A stretch of 63,331 bases of DNA, filler included, from an uncultured Myxococcia bacterium (GCA_964617105.1; 3 parts of 3 records of this genome joined end to end with filler, not necessarily neighbours in it), one strand, 5' to 3'; shown: positions 17,127 to 27,003, counted from the first letter of the whole stretch. A program made the numbers and translations. The notes: generated from the sequence alone by a model not told the origin.

Positions 17127-20100
17127 ATGTTAAAGCGGACAGCAAAATTTTGGTTGTTTTTTTGGACTCTGTTCATTGTAAGTTGTGCTCAGGATGTGAA
17201 GGATATCGATAAAGTGCAGCCCGATTTGGTACCCAAGAAGTTTTTTACGGGTGAATGGTATGTAAAGCGTACCATCGTGGGCGCCAAACACGGCTCATTT
17301 TTTTCCTTTGTGGGTGACCAGAGCAACCTGGAAAGAATCCGTTGGCGGATTGAAGAGAACCAACTCATCGGGGTCAGGACCTACGAGATAGTAGAGGGAA
17401 ACGATATTTACGGTCAGCGTGAGGATGTTAACGAAACGGTTATTACCAGTGAAGGGGCAAAAACTTTCAAATATTTTCCCGGCGCAGTGGTAGTTTATCC
17501 TATCAAATCCCACGTTGATATCAAGCGTTCCTACAATGCCGGCACTGGCGAGAAAACCAATGTGATTACCGAGAATATGAGCGACCGCCATTGGTATGAC
17601 CGGGAATATATGCGAGTGGACTGGGGAGCGGTCTCTACCAATGACTTTGATACTATTTCATCTCTGGCTAGAAAGCGCAAGATATCGGCCTATACGTATA
17701 GAGGGGAAAATGATGACCAGTTGAGCAAGCGTAATGACAAACCCGTTTTCGCTGAAAATTTTATCGATTTTGTTAACTACTATTCTCTAGCTACTCCCAA
17801 CTTGAAAGATCTTTATGGCGATGAGTTTCCCGAAGCCTATTGGCAATATCCTGCCTGCTTGCTATACGTTGCAATGGGTATCAATGAGTGTTACGAGGAA
17901 CCCATGGAGGTGCGCACCTCTATGCTGAAAATCGACCCCAAAAAGGTAGCTGACTATGAGGATCTGGTATACGATGACCAGATGATGGACAAATTTGGCT
18001 TTTTTAGAGCAGAGAGGGCTAATTACAACCAGGAGCGGGGTATGACCTGGAGCGGCGTAACCAATAGAGCCATGCGCTTCAATTTCTGGCAACGCTCCAG
18101 GGATGACAACGGCGCTATGATCCCTTACAGTAACCGCCAGGTGAAACCAATTGTTTACCATTTGAACGATACTTTTCTCATGGACAAAAAACTTGTAGAG
18201 GCGGCTTTTCAGTTTTTTGGCGAGTGGAACAAGGCCTTTGTGGCCACGGTCAAAGGTTTGGGTAATGCACACCAGGGTCCGGTTTTGAATCTCTGCTTCA
18301 ACAATCAGACCCAAATGGAAAAAGCAGCCGCCCTGGGAGCAGTTGGACCGGCCGATTATCCTATTGCGTCTACTACCTATCCCGAATACTGTGGCGATCC
18401 GAATCAGATCAAAAACTTAGGAGATTTACGTTACAGTATACTTAACTTGGTGGATCAGCCCATTGACTATGGTCTATTGGGCTACGGTCCTTCAGCATTT
18501 GATCCATTAACCGGTGAAATTATTTCGGCCACTGCTAATATTTACGGAGGCGCAGTAGATACTTATGCCAGATATGCATTGGATATTATCGAGTATTTGG
18601 CAGGTACCAAGACCCGCTTTCAACAGACTTCGGGCAGCGAAATTGCCAAAGAGGTCGCAGCAAACAACAAGGGCTTCAATCGTCACGAAATCGACCAGAT
18701 AGTTAAAAATCTGGTCTCTGCCAAAGTGTCCCATCATTGGGAGAAAAAGGATCTTCCCAAAACCGATATTTTATATAGCCAGGTGAGATTACGCCGGATT
18801 TTAAAAGCGGATCCAGGGTTGGAAGAATCGATTTCATTGCCTTTTAATTCCCTGTTCCGTACTCCGGGATTGGGAGTGGACTACGAGTTCGACCAGAAAA
18901 TGAAAAAACAGGCCTCTATCTCCAATTGGGGATCTATCCAGGGGGTACACCAGATGATAAACGATGTGTCTGTAACCCGCGAATTGTACAAAAACGCTAT
19001 GGAGCGCAACATGTACCTGTCTGATTTTGCGGATCCGGCGGTTATAGGATTGGCCAATGATTTCAAAGAGCGGTATAAAAACGCAGCAGACCAGAAATCT
19101 AAAGAGGCGGTCACCAAGGAGTTTATCCGGCTTTTGAGGGCGGAAATATTCCGGGCAGTGGCTGCTCACGAAGTGGGACACACTTTGGGTCTGCGCCACA
19201 ATTTCGCGGCCAGCACCGATGCTCTAAACTTTCAACCCGATTTCTGGAAACTGCGGGGCGTTAACGGTAAAATCGGCGATCCCACCACTCCGGCACAGGC
19301 GGCTGGCAAAATTGACCAGATGAAGTACTCTTCAATCATGGATTACCAGGCTCGGTTTAACGCTGATTTTCACGGTATTGGCAGATACGATCATGCTGCC
19401 ATAAAATTCGGTTATGGTCAGTTAGTGGAAGTATTCCAAAACCCTCCAAACCAGCAGAAGTTAACCCAGGACGCCATGATACCCAACCTGAGCGATACTG
19501 ACCACACCGATTCCATACACCACCACAATAGCCAGAAATTGGTGGATCAGTTTACCCGGGTTCACTACACCAGCATCCCCTCTTACTGGGGTGGTAACTT
19601 GCAAGCCATGCAGGCTCGGAAAGATGTGGCCTGGAGCAAAGTGAAAAACGATCCTAAACAGGTTGAAGTTCCCTACCGGTTTTGCTCAGATGACTATAAC
19701 GGCGTTGATCCCTTCTGTAACACGTTTGATGCCGGATTGGACAGTTATGAAATTGTGGGCAACTACTTTACCCAATACGATGAGTACTACTGGTTGTGGG
19801 GTTATAAACGCGACCGGTCTCTGTATGATTACTCCAGCGCTGCCGGCCGGGTGGCTCGTTACCTGGAGCCAATGCTGCTTCAATACCAGCACTGGGCATT
19901 GAATTATCATCGCTATAACCGTAACAACTGGTGGCAGAGGCATAATCAGAAGAGGTGGGAGGAAGATCCAAACGGCGGTAAGGCTCAGACCCTGGCGGTA
20001 CACAAGATAATGAATAATTTTTCTGAAGTTTTGACCCGTCCTTTTGAGGGTTGCCATATCTATGACCAAACCGAAAAGGCTTTCCGCAACCTGGGCTACA

Positions 20101-20930
20101 ACCAGGAATGGTGCAATGAGCAGCAGGCTAAAAATGCCGCCGCCAAATATGCCTGGATAGGCGAAGAGCAGGGCGGCCGCAATCTGTTTGACGATTATAA
20201 CTACGGGCCATACATGTACTGGAAAGAGAAACAGGGAAGTATCAACGGCAAACTGGTGGCTATTATCTATTTTTCTGATCCGACCACCTACTATCATATT
20301 ATGAATCCTAGCCGCAGCGCAGATATACGATCCTTTTTGATCAACGGTTTCACCATGTTCCCGACTGAGGTTATGAACCTGTTTTCAGCCCTGGCTTTGG
20401 ATGACTATAAAAATTCCAGTTGGTATTGGGATACTACCCAGAATAGAGTAGTAAGACCCATCAATTTTGGATGGGGCGCAACCCAGCAAAAAGCCGAGGT
20501 GCAAAGCGGCAAACTTGCTCCATTTAAAACCCGCGGTGAGTATATTTTTGCCACTACCAAGTTTATTTTGCCCAAACTGTCGCTCCTGTACGGCACCGCC
20601 TACTTGACTGGAACCTATGATATGGATTTTACCAACAATATGCGCATCTGGCTCAAGGGACATTCCGAAGGGGTAACCCCTCACTTTAGTCAGGGTGAAA
20701 TTGTGGAGTATAAAGACGACTTATCCGGCCGTATTTACCAGGCGGCCAAGAGCCGGGAACCAGGTATGATTAGCTTGGGCTACGAGTTGGTAAAAAAAGC
20801 CAATCTGGAACGAGCCAAGATGGGAAGCATGCAGAATATGCAACTTAATTATAATCTGTCAGAACTGCAATACATTGTTGGCAAGATGGATCTGATCAGA
20901 AAATATATGACCTTTGTGGATAATATATAA
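17127..20930 (+). CDS. Giant lipoprotein zinc metalloprotease (metzincin), paralogue 2
   Basis: Lipobox IVSC, HEVGHTLGLRH, SSIMDY, DPLTGEI; colinear with the upstream paralogue; SD GGAGG. Confidence 0.88.
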   Translation: MLKRTAKFWLFFWTLFIVSCAQDVKDIDKVQPDLVPKKFFTGEWYVKRTIVGAKHGSFFSFVGDQSNLERIRWRIEENQLIGVRTYEIVEGNDIYGQREDVNETVITSEGAKTFKYFPGAVVVYPIKSHVDIKRSYNAGTGEKTNVITENMSDRHWYDREYMRVDWGAVSTNDFDTISSLARKRKISAYTYRGENDDQLSKRNDKPVFAENFIDFVNYYSLATPNLKDLYGDEFPEAYWQYPACLLYVAMGINECYEEPMEVRTSMLKIDPKKVADYEDLVYDDQMMDKFGFFRAERANYNQERGMTWSGVTNRAMRFNFWQRSRDDNGAMIPYSNRQVKPIVYHLNDTFLMDKKLVEAAFQFFGEWNKAFVATVKGLGNAHQGPVLNLCFNNQTQMEKAAALGAVGPADYPIASTTYPEYCGDPNQIKNLGDLRYSILNLVDQPIDYGLLGYGPSAFDPLTGEIISATANIYGGAVDTYARYALDIIEYLAGTKTRFQQTSGSEIAKEVAANNKGFNRHEIDQIVKNLVSAKVSHHWEKKDLPKTDILYSQVRLRRILKADPGLEESISLPFNSLFRTPGLGVDYEFDQKMKKQASISNWGSIQGVHQMINDVSVTRELYKNAMERNMYLSDFADPAVIGLANDFKERYKNAADQKSKEAVTKEFIRLLRAEIFRAVAAHEVGHTLGLRHNFAASTDALNFQPDFWKLRGVNGKIGDPTTPAQAAGKIDQMKYSSIMDYQARFNADFHGIGRYDHAAIKFGYGQLVEVFQNPPNQQKLTQDAMIPNLSDTDHTDSIHHHNSQKLVDQFTRVHYTSIPSYWGGNLQAMQARKDVAWSKVKNDPKQVEVPYRFCSDDYNGVDPFCNTFDAGLDSYEIVGNYFTQYDEYYWLWGYKRDRSLYDYSSAAGRVARYLEPMLLQYQHWALNYHRYNRNNWWQRHNQKRWEEDPNGGKAQTLAVHKIMNNFSEVLTRPFEGCHIYDQTEKAFRNLGYNQEWCNEQQAKNAAAKYAWIGEEQGGRNLFDDYNYGPYMYWKEKQGSINGKLVAIIYFSDPTTYYHIMNPSRSADIRSFLINGFTMFPTEVMNLFSALALDDYKNSSWYWDTTQNRVVRPINFGWGATQQKAEVQSGKLAPFKTRGEYIFATTKFILPKLSLLYGTAYLTGTYDMDFTNNMRIWLKGHSEGVTPHFSQGEIVEYKDDLSGRIYQAAKSREPGMISLGYELVKKANLERAKMGSMQNMQLNYNLSELQYIVGKMDLIRKYMTFVDNI

Positions 20931-20937
20931 CGAATAT

Positions 20938-20966
20938 TTGACAGAGGGGAATTATCTCTATAAGAT
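20938..20966 (+). promoter_or_regulatory. Sigma70 promoter
   Basis: TTGACA-N17-TAAGAT upstream of the 21018 gene. Confidence 0.55.
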
Positions 20967-21013
20967 AGTTGAAGTATCATTTAGAACTGTTTTATTATTA
21001 AATTCCCCTCTGT
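20941..21013. repeat. 13-bp perfect inverted repeat with 47-nt spacer
   Basis: ACAGAGGGGAATT (20941-20953) and AATTCCCCTCTGT (21001-21013). Confidence 0.8.
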
Positions 21014-21017
21014 TAAT

Positions 21018-21451
21018 ATGAAAATTTCGACCTGTTACCAATGCGGCAGGACTTTACCGGCGGAAGCCGAATATTGTGACTTTTGCCTGCCCGATATTTC
21101 CTACAGTCCCACTTCCCCATCCAGCCTCAGCATGGGGCGCCAATTCGTAAAAAATATTTTTGAACTTTTAGCGGCGGGAGAGGACGATATCGCCGTCTCT
21201 CTAATCGATGATATCTTGATACAGCATAAGAACCCTCCGTTTTTCCTACGGTTACTGATAGATAACCTGATAAAAAACAAAAAACTCGATGAGATAGAAC
21301 AGTATCTCGTGCTTTTAGAAGAGAGTGGAGAGGTGTTGCCAGAAGGCATCACCATGTTAAAGGCGGATATCCAGTTGGCTGGAGGCAACCTGGAGGAAGC
21401 CAGCCAAATCTACTGGCAATATATCAATGATTATCCAGAGGCTAATATCCT
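21018..21451 (+). CDS. Zinc-ribbon plus TPR protein, truncated at contig end
   Basis: CYQCG...YCDFC ribbon, then TPR-like helices (KADIQLAGGNLEEASQIYWQYINDYP); runs into Ns. Confidence 0.7.
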
Positions 21452-21551
21452 NNNNNNNNNNNNNNNNNNNNNNNNNNNNNNNNNNNNNNNNNNNNTTAAT
21501 TAATTAANNNNNNNNNNNNNNNNNNNNNNNNNNNNNNNNNNNNNNNNNNNN
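21452..21551. other. Artificial contig linker
   Basis: 44 N + TTAATTAATTAA (stops in all six frames) + 44 N. Confidence 0.97.
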
Positions 21552-21887
21552 ACCACTTCGGGCTCAGCCACCGCTCAATTCGGACTGTGGCTCAAAGCCC
21601 ACTTGCCATTTGTAGAGCCCTGGGCAGGATTAGGACTTGGGTACGGCGGTTATTGGCTAACCACCAAATTGAGTAGTAGTTCCGGTTATTCAGACAGTGA
21701 CACCTACGGCAACTATGGATTGAGTTGGCTGGCAGAAATTGGGGTTGACTATATGATCCTGAATCTGTTTGGCGTAGGATTAGCATACAGTTATATTGGT
21801 TTTTCCACCAAAGAAGATGAAAAAGTAGGTACCCGCAACAGCGCCGCCATCCATGGGATAAGGCTAGATCTGATTCTGTCTCTTTGA
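21552..21887 (+). CDS. 3' fragment of a small outer-membrane beta-barrel protein
   Basis: Frame is open from the contig start: TAQFGLWLKAHLPFVEPWAGLGLGYG...GLSWLAEIGVDY...GIRLDLILSL. Confidence 0.65.
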   Translation, partial: TTSGSATAQFGLWLKAHLPFVEPWAGLGLGYGGYWLTTKLSSSSGYSDSDTYGNYGLSWLAEIGVDYMILNLFGVGLAYSYIGFSTKEDEKVGTRNSAAIHGIRLDLILSL

Positions 21888-21948
21888 GACTCAACCAGTT
21901 TTTAAGACTTCATAGCCTAAATTAAAATTATTTTTGGTAAATTAGGAC

Positions 21949-21977
21949 TTGTATTCCATATTTTCCGGTAATATAAT
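21949..21977 (+). promoter_or_regulatory. Sigma70 promoter for cheY
   Basis: TTGTAT-N17-TATAAT. Confidence 0.55.
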
Positions 21978-22059
21978 TAAACATTCATTTTGAAAAACAT
22001 ATAATCAACAATGGCTTTCTCCGCTGGTATGTCGGCCATAAAATTGGACTGAGAAAATA

Positions 22060-22455
22060 ATGCTAAAACCAGATGCAGGTATACTGCTGGTTGATGATTT
22101 TGCCATCACCCGCAGGATCATAAAAAGCCATTTAAGTAGATTGGGATATACCAATATCTTTGAAGCGGGTAATGGTAAAGAAGCCCTGACCGTAGCCAAG
22201 GTCAATTTCAGCCAGATTGCCCTAATCTTTCTCGATTGGATGATGCCGGAGATGACCGGAATAGAATTTTTGAGAATGATAAAGGCGGTTCCTCAATTTA
22301 AACATTTCAAGGTGATTATGGTAACCGCTGAAAACAAACCGGAAAACGTCAGAGAAGCCCAGCAAGCCGGGGTTAATAATTATATCCTCAAACCCTTTGA
22401 TGCTGAAATAATCAAACGTAAAATTGAACTCCTGTTTGGAACGATTTCCACCTAA
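22060..22455 (+). CDS. cheY: CheY-like single-domain response regulator
   Basis: ILLVDDF, FLDWMMPEMTG, MVTAE, YILKPF. Confidence 0.8.
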   Translation: MLKPDAGILLVDDFAITRRIIKSHLSRLGYTNIFEAGNGKEALTVAKVNFSQIALIFLDWMMPEMTGIEFLRMIKAVPQFKHFKVIMVTAENKPENVREAQQAGVNNYILKPFDAEIIKRKIELLFGTIST

Positions 22456-22471
22456 AACCATAGAGGCAAAC

Positions 22472-24013
22472 TCACCCTAAATAGTGTTCTGCCCGGTATA
22501 GAATAACCTGACGACAATGACCCTGGCGCCAACAAACCTGGACTGGCGCTATCACTTTTATCTGTTTAAACATCTGTTTCATCGAAGGTAATAGGTATTG
22601 GTCGCCCTGGTTGGCCACCAAAATGATATTATCACCATCTTTCAACTCCGGCTGGGGCCAGATATTGTATTGACTGCGCCTCTTTAAAGGCAGCCAATTG
22701 GGTACGGTTACCACCCGTTGACCGGAATAGAAGTTTAGTCTGGAAGCGGTTTGGTAAGTAGTGGCATAAACCTGATGGATACTGGCTGAACCAACAGTCT
22801 CTTGCTTCAGTTGCTCGTTTATCTTTTGAACTAACAACTTCTGTCCTTGAAGCCTGGAAGTAGGATCTGCTTCAGGAGGAAAGGGCAAAAAAGGAAGAAA
22901 GATATGCAAATGGATAATAAAAGCAATGAGCAAAGCCAACACCACAGCAGCCCGGAAATAGTTGGTGATATATTTTGGGGAGGGAGAAGATTTTTCCAAC
23001 CACCACAAACCGCCAATCAGCAGTCCCGGCAAAGCAGGAGCAGACCAGTTAGCCTCCAGGTGAGTAAAAGGGCTTAAAAACAGAAGAAACAAAAATAGAG
23101 GAGCATGCAAACACCAGAGGAGAGCGGGCAGGGCCTCTCTTGAAAATTTCCTGAATTTCAATAAAAATAACATTGGTAAAAAAAAGGTAAGAATCCCCAT
23201 AATCCCGGCCTGACCAGATAAAAATTCCAGCAGGTTAATAACCGGGGATACCGGAGATGTGACTTTCAAGTTGCCAAAAACATGAACTAACTGGAAAGAG
23301 AAACCAGCCTGGCGATGAAAGAAATTCCAAAGCAGATGGGGTATTGTCAGCCCCAAAAAAATCAGTAAACCTAAACCTACCAGCCAAAATTTTGCCCGGT
23401 TAACCAATTGGTTCAGCCTTCCACTAACCGGCAGCAAAAAGTAGAGCACTATCCCGGCTGGAAAAAACAACATGGTGTATTTGCTCAAAATACCCAGGGC
23501 TAAAAAGAGAGAGAGCAGGGGCCATTGAAAAGATGAGAAAAGAGGTTTCTGGGCCCGGATGGCTTTTAATATCGTATAGAGAGCCAGGCTCCAAAACAGC
23601 AGCAGGGGAGAATCGGGGGTGGTAATAAACGCGCCCGCTGAAAACAACGGACTAAGATGAATTAATGTGAGCAGCAACAGACAGGATGAATCGGAAAGTC
23701 CCATAATCCGAGCCGATTTCCAAAAAAACAGGGTGCTGATTATGGATGAGGATAAAGCTACCAGTCTGGTACTCAGAACAATATCAATAAAAGACCAACT
23801 AAAAAGGCGGCAGAATAGGGCTACCAGGGGAGGGTGGTCGTAATAACCCCAGGCCAAATCCCGGCTCCAAAGATAATAATATGCTTCATCTGCACTTATA
23901 TCAAGCCTGGTGGCTATAAACAGCCGAAATAAAGTGAGGACTAAGATAAAGCCGAAAGCAATTGATCCAGTCTGGTATTTTGACAGAAAGGCGTTTTGGC
24001 CTCTATTTTTCAT
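22472..24013 (-). CDS. Glycosyltransferase family 39 / ArnT-like integral membrane protein
   Basis: DEAYYYLWS..LAWGYYDHPP, TPDSPL, LSKY, EANW. Start placed at ATG 24013, overlapping the lapA stop. Confidence 0.88.
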   Translation of the reverse strand: MKNRGQNAFLSKYQTGSIAFGFILVLTLFRLFIATRLDISADEAYYYLWSRDLAWGYYDHPPLVALFCRLFSWSFIDIVLSTRLVALSSSIISTLFFWKSARIMGLSDSSCLLLLTLIHLSPLFSAGAFITTPDSPLLLFWSLALYTILKAIRAQKPLFSSFQWPLLSLFLALGILSKYTMLFFPAGIVLYFLLPVSGRLNQLVNRAKFWLVGLGLLIFLGLTIPHLLWNFFHRQAGFSFQLVHVFGNLKVTSPVSPVINLLEFLSGQAGIMGILTFFLPMLFLLKFRKFSREALPALLWCLHAPLFLFLLFLSPFTHLEANWSAPALPGLLIGGLWWLEKSSPSPKYITNYFRAAVVLALLIAFIIHLHIFLPFLPFPPEADPTSRLQGQKLLVQKINEQLKQETVGSASIHQVYATTYQTASRLNFYSGQRVVTVPNWLPLKRRSQYNIWPQPELKDGDNIILVANQGDQYLLPSMKQMFKQIKVIAPVQVCWRQGHCRQVILYRAEHYLG

Positions 24014-24416
24014 CAGAGATAATTTCAGCCTGAACCTCTTCCTGGGGAGATTCTTTCTCTTCAATTTCCGCTTCAGCGGGTACGGGCTGCGGTGGAGGCC
24101 CCTGATGATAGGCGGCCGCCATTGCCTGAGATTCCTCAAGTCTGGTTACTTTAGAATTTAGTTCTAGATTTTCACGGGTTAAGAAACCAAGTTTTTTCCG
24201 CAACTTAATAAAAGCAAAGAGATATAAAAAGGCGGGAAAAACAAAACCAAATCCAAAAGAGATTAGGAAAAATTTCCAAATTTCTATTTCTTTTATTCCC
24301 AACAGGTAATTTACCGACATGGCAGTATTGTTTTTAATGCCCAGGCTGGTAAATAGCGCCGCAAATCCCAGGACAAAAAATACAAACAGGTAAATTCTGA
24401 AACTTTTACTCTTCAT
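24003..24416 (-). CDS. LapA (DUF1049)-family small membrane protein
   Basis: Two TM helices flanking a KN...SVNY loop, then a coiled coil; syntenic after rpsA-sppA-HIT. Confidence 0.65.
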   Translation of the reverse strand: MKSKSFRIYLFVFFVLGFAALFTSLGIKNNTAMSVNYLLGIKEIEIWKFFLISFGFGFVFPAFLYLFAFIKLRKKLGFLTRENLELNSKVTRLEESQAMAAAYHQGPPPQPVPAEAEIEEKESPQEEVQAEIISDEK

Positions 24417-24912
24417 GGTTGCTTCCTTCCGGTGAAATTTCAAAGTATTTTTTCAGTTTATTATAGGTTTCCAGTAAAAACTCGTTTATTACTTTGGTAT
24501 CGGAAAAAACCGGCATAAAATTGACATCGCCGTTCCACCTGGGCACGATATGGTAATGTAGATGTTCTTTTATTCCAGCCCCGGCACATTGGCCAATATT
24601 CAAACCGATATTGAATCCCTGGGGATTCATCAACGCCTGCAAATTCTTTTGGGAAAAAACCAACAATTGATGTAGTTCCAGGACATCTTCCTGGTCCAAC
24701 TCCTCCAGGGCTGATGTATGCTTATAGGGCACAATCATCAAATGCCCGTTGTTATAAGGGTATTTGTTCATAATTACAAATGCCCTTTTACCCCTGAACA
24801 GTATCAGATCCTCCCGATCCTGATTGCGGTTGACCCGGTTACAAAAAATGCAGCCCGGTTCTTTGGGGCCAATAATGTATTCGATTCTCCAGGGAGCCCA
24901 TAATTTTTGCAT
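24406..24912 (-). CDS. HIT family hydrolase (Ap4A phosphorylase/Fhit-like)
   Basis: LWAPWR..YI, CIFC, NKYPYNNGHLM, AGAGIKEHLHYHIVPRW.GD.NF. Confidence 0.92.
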   Translation of the reverse strand: MQKLWAPWRIEYIIGPKEPGCIFCNRVNRNQDREDLILFRGKRAFVIMNKYPYNNGHLMIVPYKHTSALEELDQEDVLELHQLLVFSQKNLQALMNPQGFNIGLNIGQCAGAGIKEHLHYHIVPRWNGDVNFMPVFSDTKVINEFLLETYNKLKKYFEISPEGSNHEE

Positions 24913-24964
24913 ATTGATAAAGTTACTATTTCAAGCAAAAAATTTCAACCTAAATAGTGTCCAA

Positions 24965-25969
24965 TCATGGAATCAGCTTCGTTGCCAGGTGCCAAAATGT
25001 ACCGACCTCTTCAACCACACCCCTGGTGGCGCCTTCGGCAGCGTCCTGTAAAAGCTCCCGCAGGATCATACGCCGGTCTTTGCGGGGGTAAATTATCTTG
25101 GGCATATCCTTAATTCCTGCCAGTTCACCTGCTTTTTTCACTGCATCGAGAAAATTACCCTGCTGGTCCACCAATTTTAACTCTATTGCACCTTCACCAG
25201 TGATCACCCGGCCATCGGCAATTTTTTTCACCTGGTCGAACTCTATTCCCCGTCCCTTGACAATGTCATTGATAAACTGGTTTAATATTTTTTTTAAAAG
25301 TTTATTGAATAGTTCTTTATCAGCCTGGTTAATATCCCTAAAGGGGGAGCCAGAGTCTTTGTATTGGCCGGTTTTTAAAATCGTGGTCTTTATCTTGGCC
25401 AGTTTTATAAGTCCAGAAAAATTGGCAAACTGGGATATCACCCCTATACTGCCGGTAAGGGTTCCAGGGTTAGCGATTATGTAATCAGCAGAAGCGATAG
25501 CATAATAACCGCCTGAGGCAGCCACATTACCCAGGGAGGCTACCACTTTTTTTATCTTCTTGACCTTTTCGATCTCCCGAAATATCTCCTGGGCCGGCCC
25601 TACCGGACCACCGGGAGAGTTGACTCGGACCACAATGGCTTTTATCTCATCATCATGGGCAAACTGATGTAAGTTAAGAACTGTTTGCTTGGCAGAGGTA
25701 AGGGCTCCCTCTATTTCTACTACTCCCACTTTGTCGCCATCTTCCAAATTTATCTCATCCATCTGCAAAAATTCTTTTAATATGCTTCCCAAAACCAGCA
25801 TAAAAAAGAAAAAACAGGAAAACAAAATAATTATAGCGATTACCAGGGTTCTCAGGATACTGTTACCTTTAGTTGGCGTTCTATTATACTCCTGGGAAAC
25901 ATTCTGATGGGAAAAAGGATTTTGCTGTCTGCCGTCATTCATTGGGGGCAACGATTGGTTATCATTCAT
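24965..25969 (-). CDS. sppA: Signal peptide peptidase SppA, short membrane-anchored type (S49)
   Basis: RVNSPGG, VAASGGYY, TGSIGV, GQYKD, ADGRV; N-terminal TM helix. Confidence 0.9.
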   Translation of the reverse strand: MNDNQSLPPMNDGRQQNPFSHQNVSQEYNRTPTKGNSILRTLVIAIIILFSCFFFFMLVLGSILKEFLQMDEINLEDGDKVGVVEIEGALTSAKQTVLNLHQFAHDDEIKAIVVRVNSPGGPVGPAQEIFREIEKVKKIKKVVASLGNVAASGGYYAIASADYIIANPGTLTGSIGVISQFANFSGLIKLAKIKTTILKTGQYKDSGSPFRDINQADKELFNKLLKKILNQFINDIVKGRGIEFDQVKKIADGRVITGEGAIELKLVDQQGNFLDAVKKAGELAGIKDMPKIIYPRKDRRMILRELLQDAAEGATRGVVEEVGTFWHLATKLIP

Positions 25970-25989
25970 TAAAACACCTGTAAAAACTC

Positions 25990-27003
25990 TTATTGCGAAA
26001 AACGATAAACCTTCCATAGCCCGACTAGATATATAGTTACCAGCAAGATAGATTCTAGCCTACCTGGGGATATCAGGCGATGAGAAGTCTTAAGATTAGT
26101 ACCAATTTTTTTCATTACCCACTGGCCAAATAAAAAAACCATAGTCATAAAGATTACCGCTGTGATAGCGATAAAATGAGTAGTGTCCGAGCGGGTAAAG
26201 ATATTTCCACCCCTGAAAAAGATATCGGCCATAGCAATAATGGTAAGATTAAAAATGTTGCTGCCAAAAATATTGCCCAGGGCCAGACCATGTGCTCCCA
26301 TCCTTACCGCGGAAATGGTGACCACCATCTCTGGTAATGATGTGGCTCCGGCTAAAAAGAGAACTCCCATAAAAGATTGGCCCAAACTGCTGAGTTGAGA
26401 TATTTGATTGCAACTCCAGGCAGCTACCATGCCGGAGATAAAAATAATCCCGGAATGGAAGGCAAAAGATCTTACACTTTTCCAAAAATTCTGTTGGTTT
26501 CCCCGGGTTTCTTTAGGAGTGATAGTTTTCTTTTCACCCTTGAAGACCAAATATATAATCCCAGCAAAAATAGGAAACACCAGAAAACTCTGTAAACCAA
26601 TTTTGAAGATGCTGTGGTTATAGGGAAAAGCCAAAAAAAGGGCTACCACCAAAGTAAAAAAGATACTCAGCCAGGCAGCCCGGATAGTTTGAGAATTGTG
26701 TATTTGAAATTTGCCCGCCAGGATAGAAACCAGGGCGATAAGAAGCAAATTGAACATATTGCTGCCAAAAATATTGCCCAGGGCCATCTTCTCAGCATCA
26801 ACTAAGGTTACCGAAGAGATAGTAGTGACCATTTCCGGCATGGAAGTGGCCAAACTAAGAAGGATAAAACCTATGAATGTTTGGCCCCAACTTGAATTGT
26901 CGGCTATACTATCTGCTGCTACTGTAAGTTTGTTACCGCTGTATATAATAACAGCGGCACAGAGTATAAAAATTAGCCAGGCTTGAGCTAACAAAAACAT
27001 CAA
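25990..27003 (-). CDS. Cation:Ca2+ antiporter (CaCA/YrbG-like)
   Basis: Duplicated alpha-repeats ATSMPE...[10 protein letters not shown] and ATSLPE...[10 protein letters not shown]. Confidence 0.9.
   Translation of the reverse strand: MMFLLAQAWLIFILCAAVIIYSGNKLTVAADSIADNSSWGQTFIGFILLSLATSMPEMVTTISSVTLVDAEKMALGNIFGSNMFNLLLIALVSILAGKFQIHNSQTIRAAWLSIFFTLVVALFLAFPYNHSIFKIGLQSFLVFPIFAGIIYLVFKGEKKTITPKETRGNQQNFWKSVRSFAFHSGIIFISGMVAAWSCNQISQLSSLGQSFMGVLFLAGATSLPEMVVTISAVRMGAHGLALGNIFGSNIFNLTIIAMADIFFRGGNIFTRSDTTHFIAITAVIFMTMVFLFGQWVMKKIGTNLKTSHRLISPGRLESILLVTIYLVGLWKVYRFSQ

Noticed and set aside
21452-21551. TTAATTAATTAA palindrome within N runs (also at 42510-42521)
   Set aside because: It is an identical 44N-12-44N six-frame-stop linker, so artificial. 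Gene adjacency across these points has no biological meaning.
24014-24139. N-terminal extension of the GT39 ORF
   Set aside because: It overlaps the lapA-like CDS in another frame; ATG 24013 is more plausible.
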